This document shows positions 62,483-64,000 of a stretch of DNA of 64,000 nucleotides, piece after piece. The number at the start of each line of letters is the position of its first letter. The first letter of the stretch is position 1. Under the pieces are notes generated by a model, which was not told the DNA's origin, did no database searches, and saw nothing but the letters and a program-made list of their open reading frames with translations. Position numbers and translations under genes: made by a program. The stretch lies in NCBI GenBank assembly GCA_945883725.1, contig CAMCXZ010000004.1:3669-67668 (forward strand), read 5' to 3'. This stretch comes from Bifidobacterium breve. GTDB lineage: Bacteria; Actinomycetota; Actinomycetes; Nanopelagicales; Nanopelagicaceae.

Positions 62483-64000
62483 ATGAGCGAGTTTGATTCA
62501 GATATCACCCTTTCGCGAATCCGCCCGCCTGAATTACCAGCCAATTTCCTCTCCAGACGGCACCTATTTGAGTTAATTGATGATCGAGCTCCTGGCTACA
62601 CCATGGTGGTGGCACCGGCCGGATATGGAAAAACCTCGCTAATTGCCGAGTGGGCGAAACAAAGTAAGAAAAAAGTAATTTGGTACACGATGTCAGAGAC
62701 CGATAGTTCAGTTGGGGTTTCTACATATTTAATGCGTGCGATTCGTGAAGTAATTCCAGATTTTGCTCCTAGTTTAGAAGCAAAAACTGTTACCTCGATT
62801 TTTCAAGCTATCGCAAATCTGAACGAGGATATTGTCTTAGTCCTAGATAATATTGTTGATGCTTTTACTTATCAACTAAATCAAACGCAATCTTATATGG
62901 ATGCGATTCCGGATAACATTCATATCATTGCGCTGCGGCGAATTATGCCAACAGTTTCGCTTAAGCGATTTTCTAGTGTTGGTCGCTTATCAGTAATTAC
63001 CGCGGGCGATATAGTCTTTACAAAGGATGAAATCAAAGCTTTGCTGCAAGTTTCTGGTGCTGATTCAAGTGAGAAAAAAATAGGTCAAGTTTCCGAACAA
63101 ACTCATGGGTGGCCTCTAGCCGTTGCAATCATCGCAAGTGGTGAAGATGCCAAACCAGAACAAGAAGTTGACCATAGTCTGGTAAGAAATTTAGTTTCAA
63201 GCAAGTTTGAAAAACTAGCTAAGGAGATTCGAGAGTTATTGGTTGCGATGTCTAGTTTTGAGGTCTTTGATCTAGAATTAGCTAATTCTGTAGTTGGTAA
63301 AATGGTCAACGAAGCAATCTTGAATAAACTCGCAGCCGAAGCCGTTTTTCTAATGTCTGCTGCTGGTCAAAAAGGTACCTACATTTTTAATAACATCGCA
63401 CGCGAAGTAATTGACGAGATGGCGCGTGCCGACAACAAGAACTATCGCAAGAATCAGATAGCGCTATCAGAACTCTTTAATCTCAAGGGTCAGCTGAATC
63501 TAGCAATAGTACACGCTGTAAAATCTGGCGATGGTGATTACCTACGTGAAATGTTTAAGCCGGCACTTCGTAAATTGATTCAGAAAAGTGATGGTAGAAA
63601 TATTATTTACTGGAGTAATTATTTACCACAAAATAACGCCCGTAATAAAGTATTTTCAGAACTAGCAAAGGTCATGGGTCACCTGACTAATTACGAATTT
63701 GACCGCACGATTCAGTTGATCGATGAGATGAGTTTTTCTTATAGGGACACCCCGTTAGGTCCATTTCTCGAAAAAGTTAACGCAGCCGCCTTGGCGCATA
63801 TTGCGTTTAGCCGTGGGAAATTATTGGAATTTGATAGTCAAATGAAAATAATTTTTAGCGAACCGATGTCAGAGCCTGCCATGGATCTATCAGATCGACT
63901 TGGTATTTTTCGAATGTTGGCTGCCAGATCATTTATTTTTGAGGATTCTGTAATCTTGAATTCGATTGAATCCGATGTTCGAGTGGCTATCAAAGAAAGC
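62483..64000 (+). CDS. MalT/LuxR-type STAND ATPase regulator, N-terminal part (runs off window)
   Basis: Not in ORF track; MSEFDSDITLSRIRPPELPANFLSRRHL..VVAPAGYGKTSLIAEW..IVLVLD..THGWPLA. Confidence 0.85.
   Translation, partial: MSEFDSDITLSRIRPPELPANFLSRRHLFELIDDRAPGYTMVVAPAGYGKTSLIAEWAKQSKKKVIWYTMSETDSSVGVSTYLMRAIREVIPDFAPSLEAKTVTSIFQAIANLNEDIVLVLDNIVDAFTYQLNQTQSYMDAIPDNIHIIALRRIMPTVSLKRFSSVGRLSVITAGDIVFTKDEIKALLQVSGADSSEKKIGQVSEQTHGWPLAVAIIASGEDAKPEQEVDHSLVRNLVSSKFEKLAKEIRELLVAMSSFEVFDLELANSVVGKMVNEAILNKLAAEAVFLMSAAGQKGTYIFNNIAREVIDEMARADNKNYRKNQIALSELFNLKGQLNLAIVHAVKSGDGDYLREMFKPALRKLIQKSDGRNIIYWSNYLPQNNARNKVFSELAKVMGHLTNYEFDRTIQLIDEMSFSYRDTPLGPFLEKVNAAALAHIAFSRGKLLEFDSQMKIIFSEPMSEPAMDLSDRLGIFRMLAARSFIFEDSVILNSIESDVRVAIKES

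Overview
AT-rich (visually ~40-48% GC), tightly packed, streamlined actinobacterial DNA. Ltp3/Ltp4-like thiolases, a femX-alr-murJ cluster, ppm1, TipAS and many leaderless genes are consistent with a freshwater acI/Nanopelagicales-type genome (inference). Bases ~0.9-39.8 kb form a catabolic island of three operons: (i) a Liv-type ABC importer with a flavoprotein, a methylcrotonyl-CoA-type carboxylase, HMG-CoA lyase and a crotonase; (ii) a long minus-strand acyl-CoA cluster with an Ltp4/Ltp3/DUF35 aldolase, two CoA ligases, a CoA transferase, CitE, SDRs, an OYE and a TetR; (iii) a NitT/TauT ABC importer interleaved with divergent enzymes. The rest holds cell-wall, sulfur, katG, two-component and B12-riboswitch/btu genes and a partial MalT-like regulator. 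The most striking element is the protein-free 48.49-48.95 kb interval. It has a tRNA with an alanine acceptor stem (G3.U70, A73) but a glycine ACC anticodon. Two tandem promoter+terminator small-RNA units antisense to its anticodon arm lie upstream, and its 3' trailer carries a third anti-anticodon copy. This is a candidate all-RNA toxin-antitoxin or regulated mistranslation system. The ORF track also misses a CopZ-like gene with in-frame TGA at the second Cys of its CxxC motif (possible selenoprotein) and a Cys-containing leader peptide upstream of the sulfurtransferase/YeeE operon.
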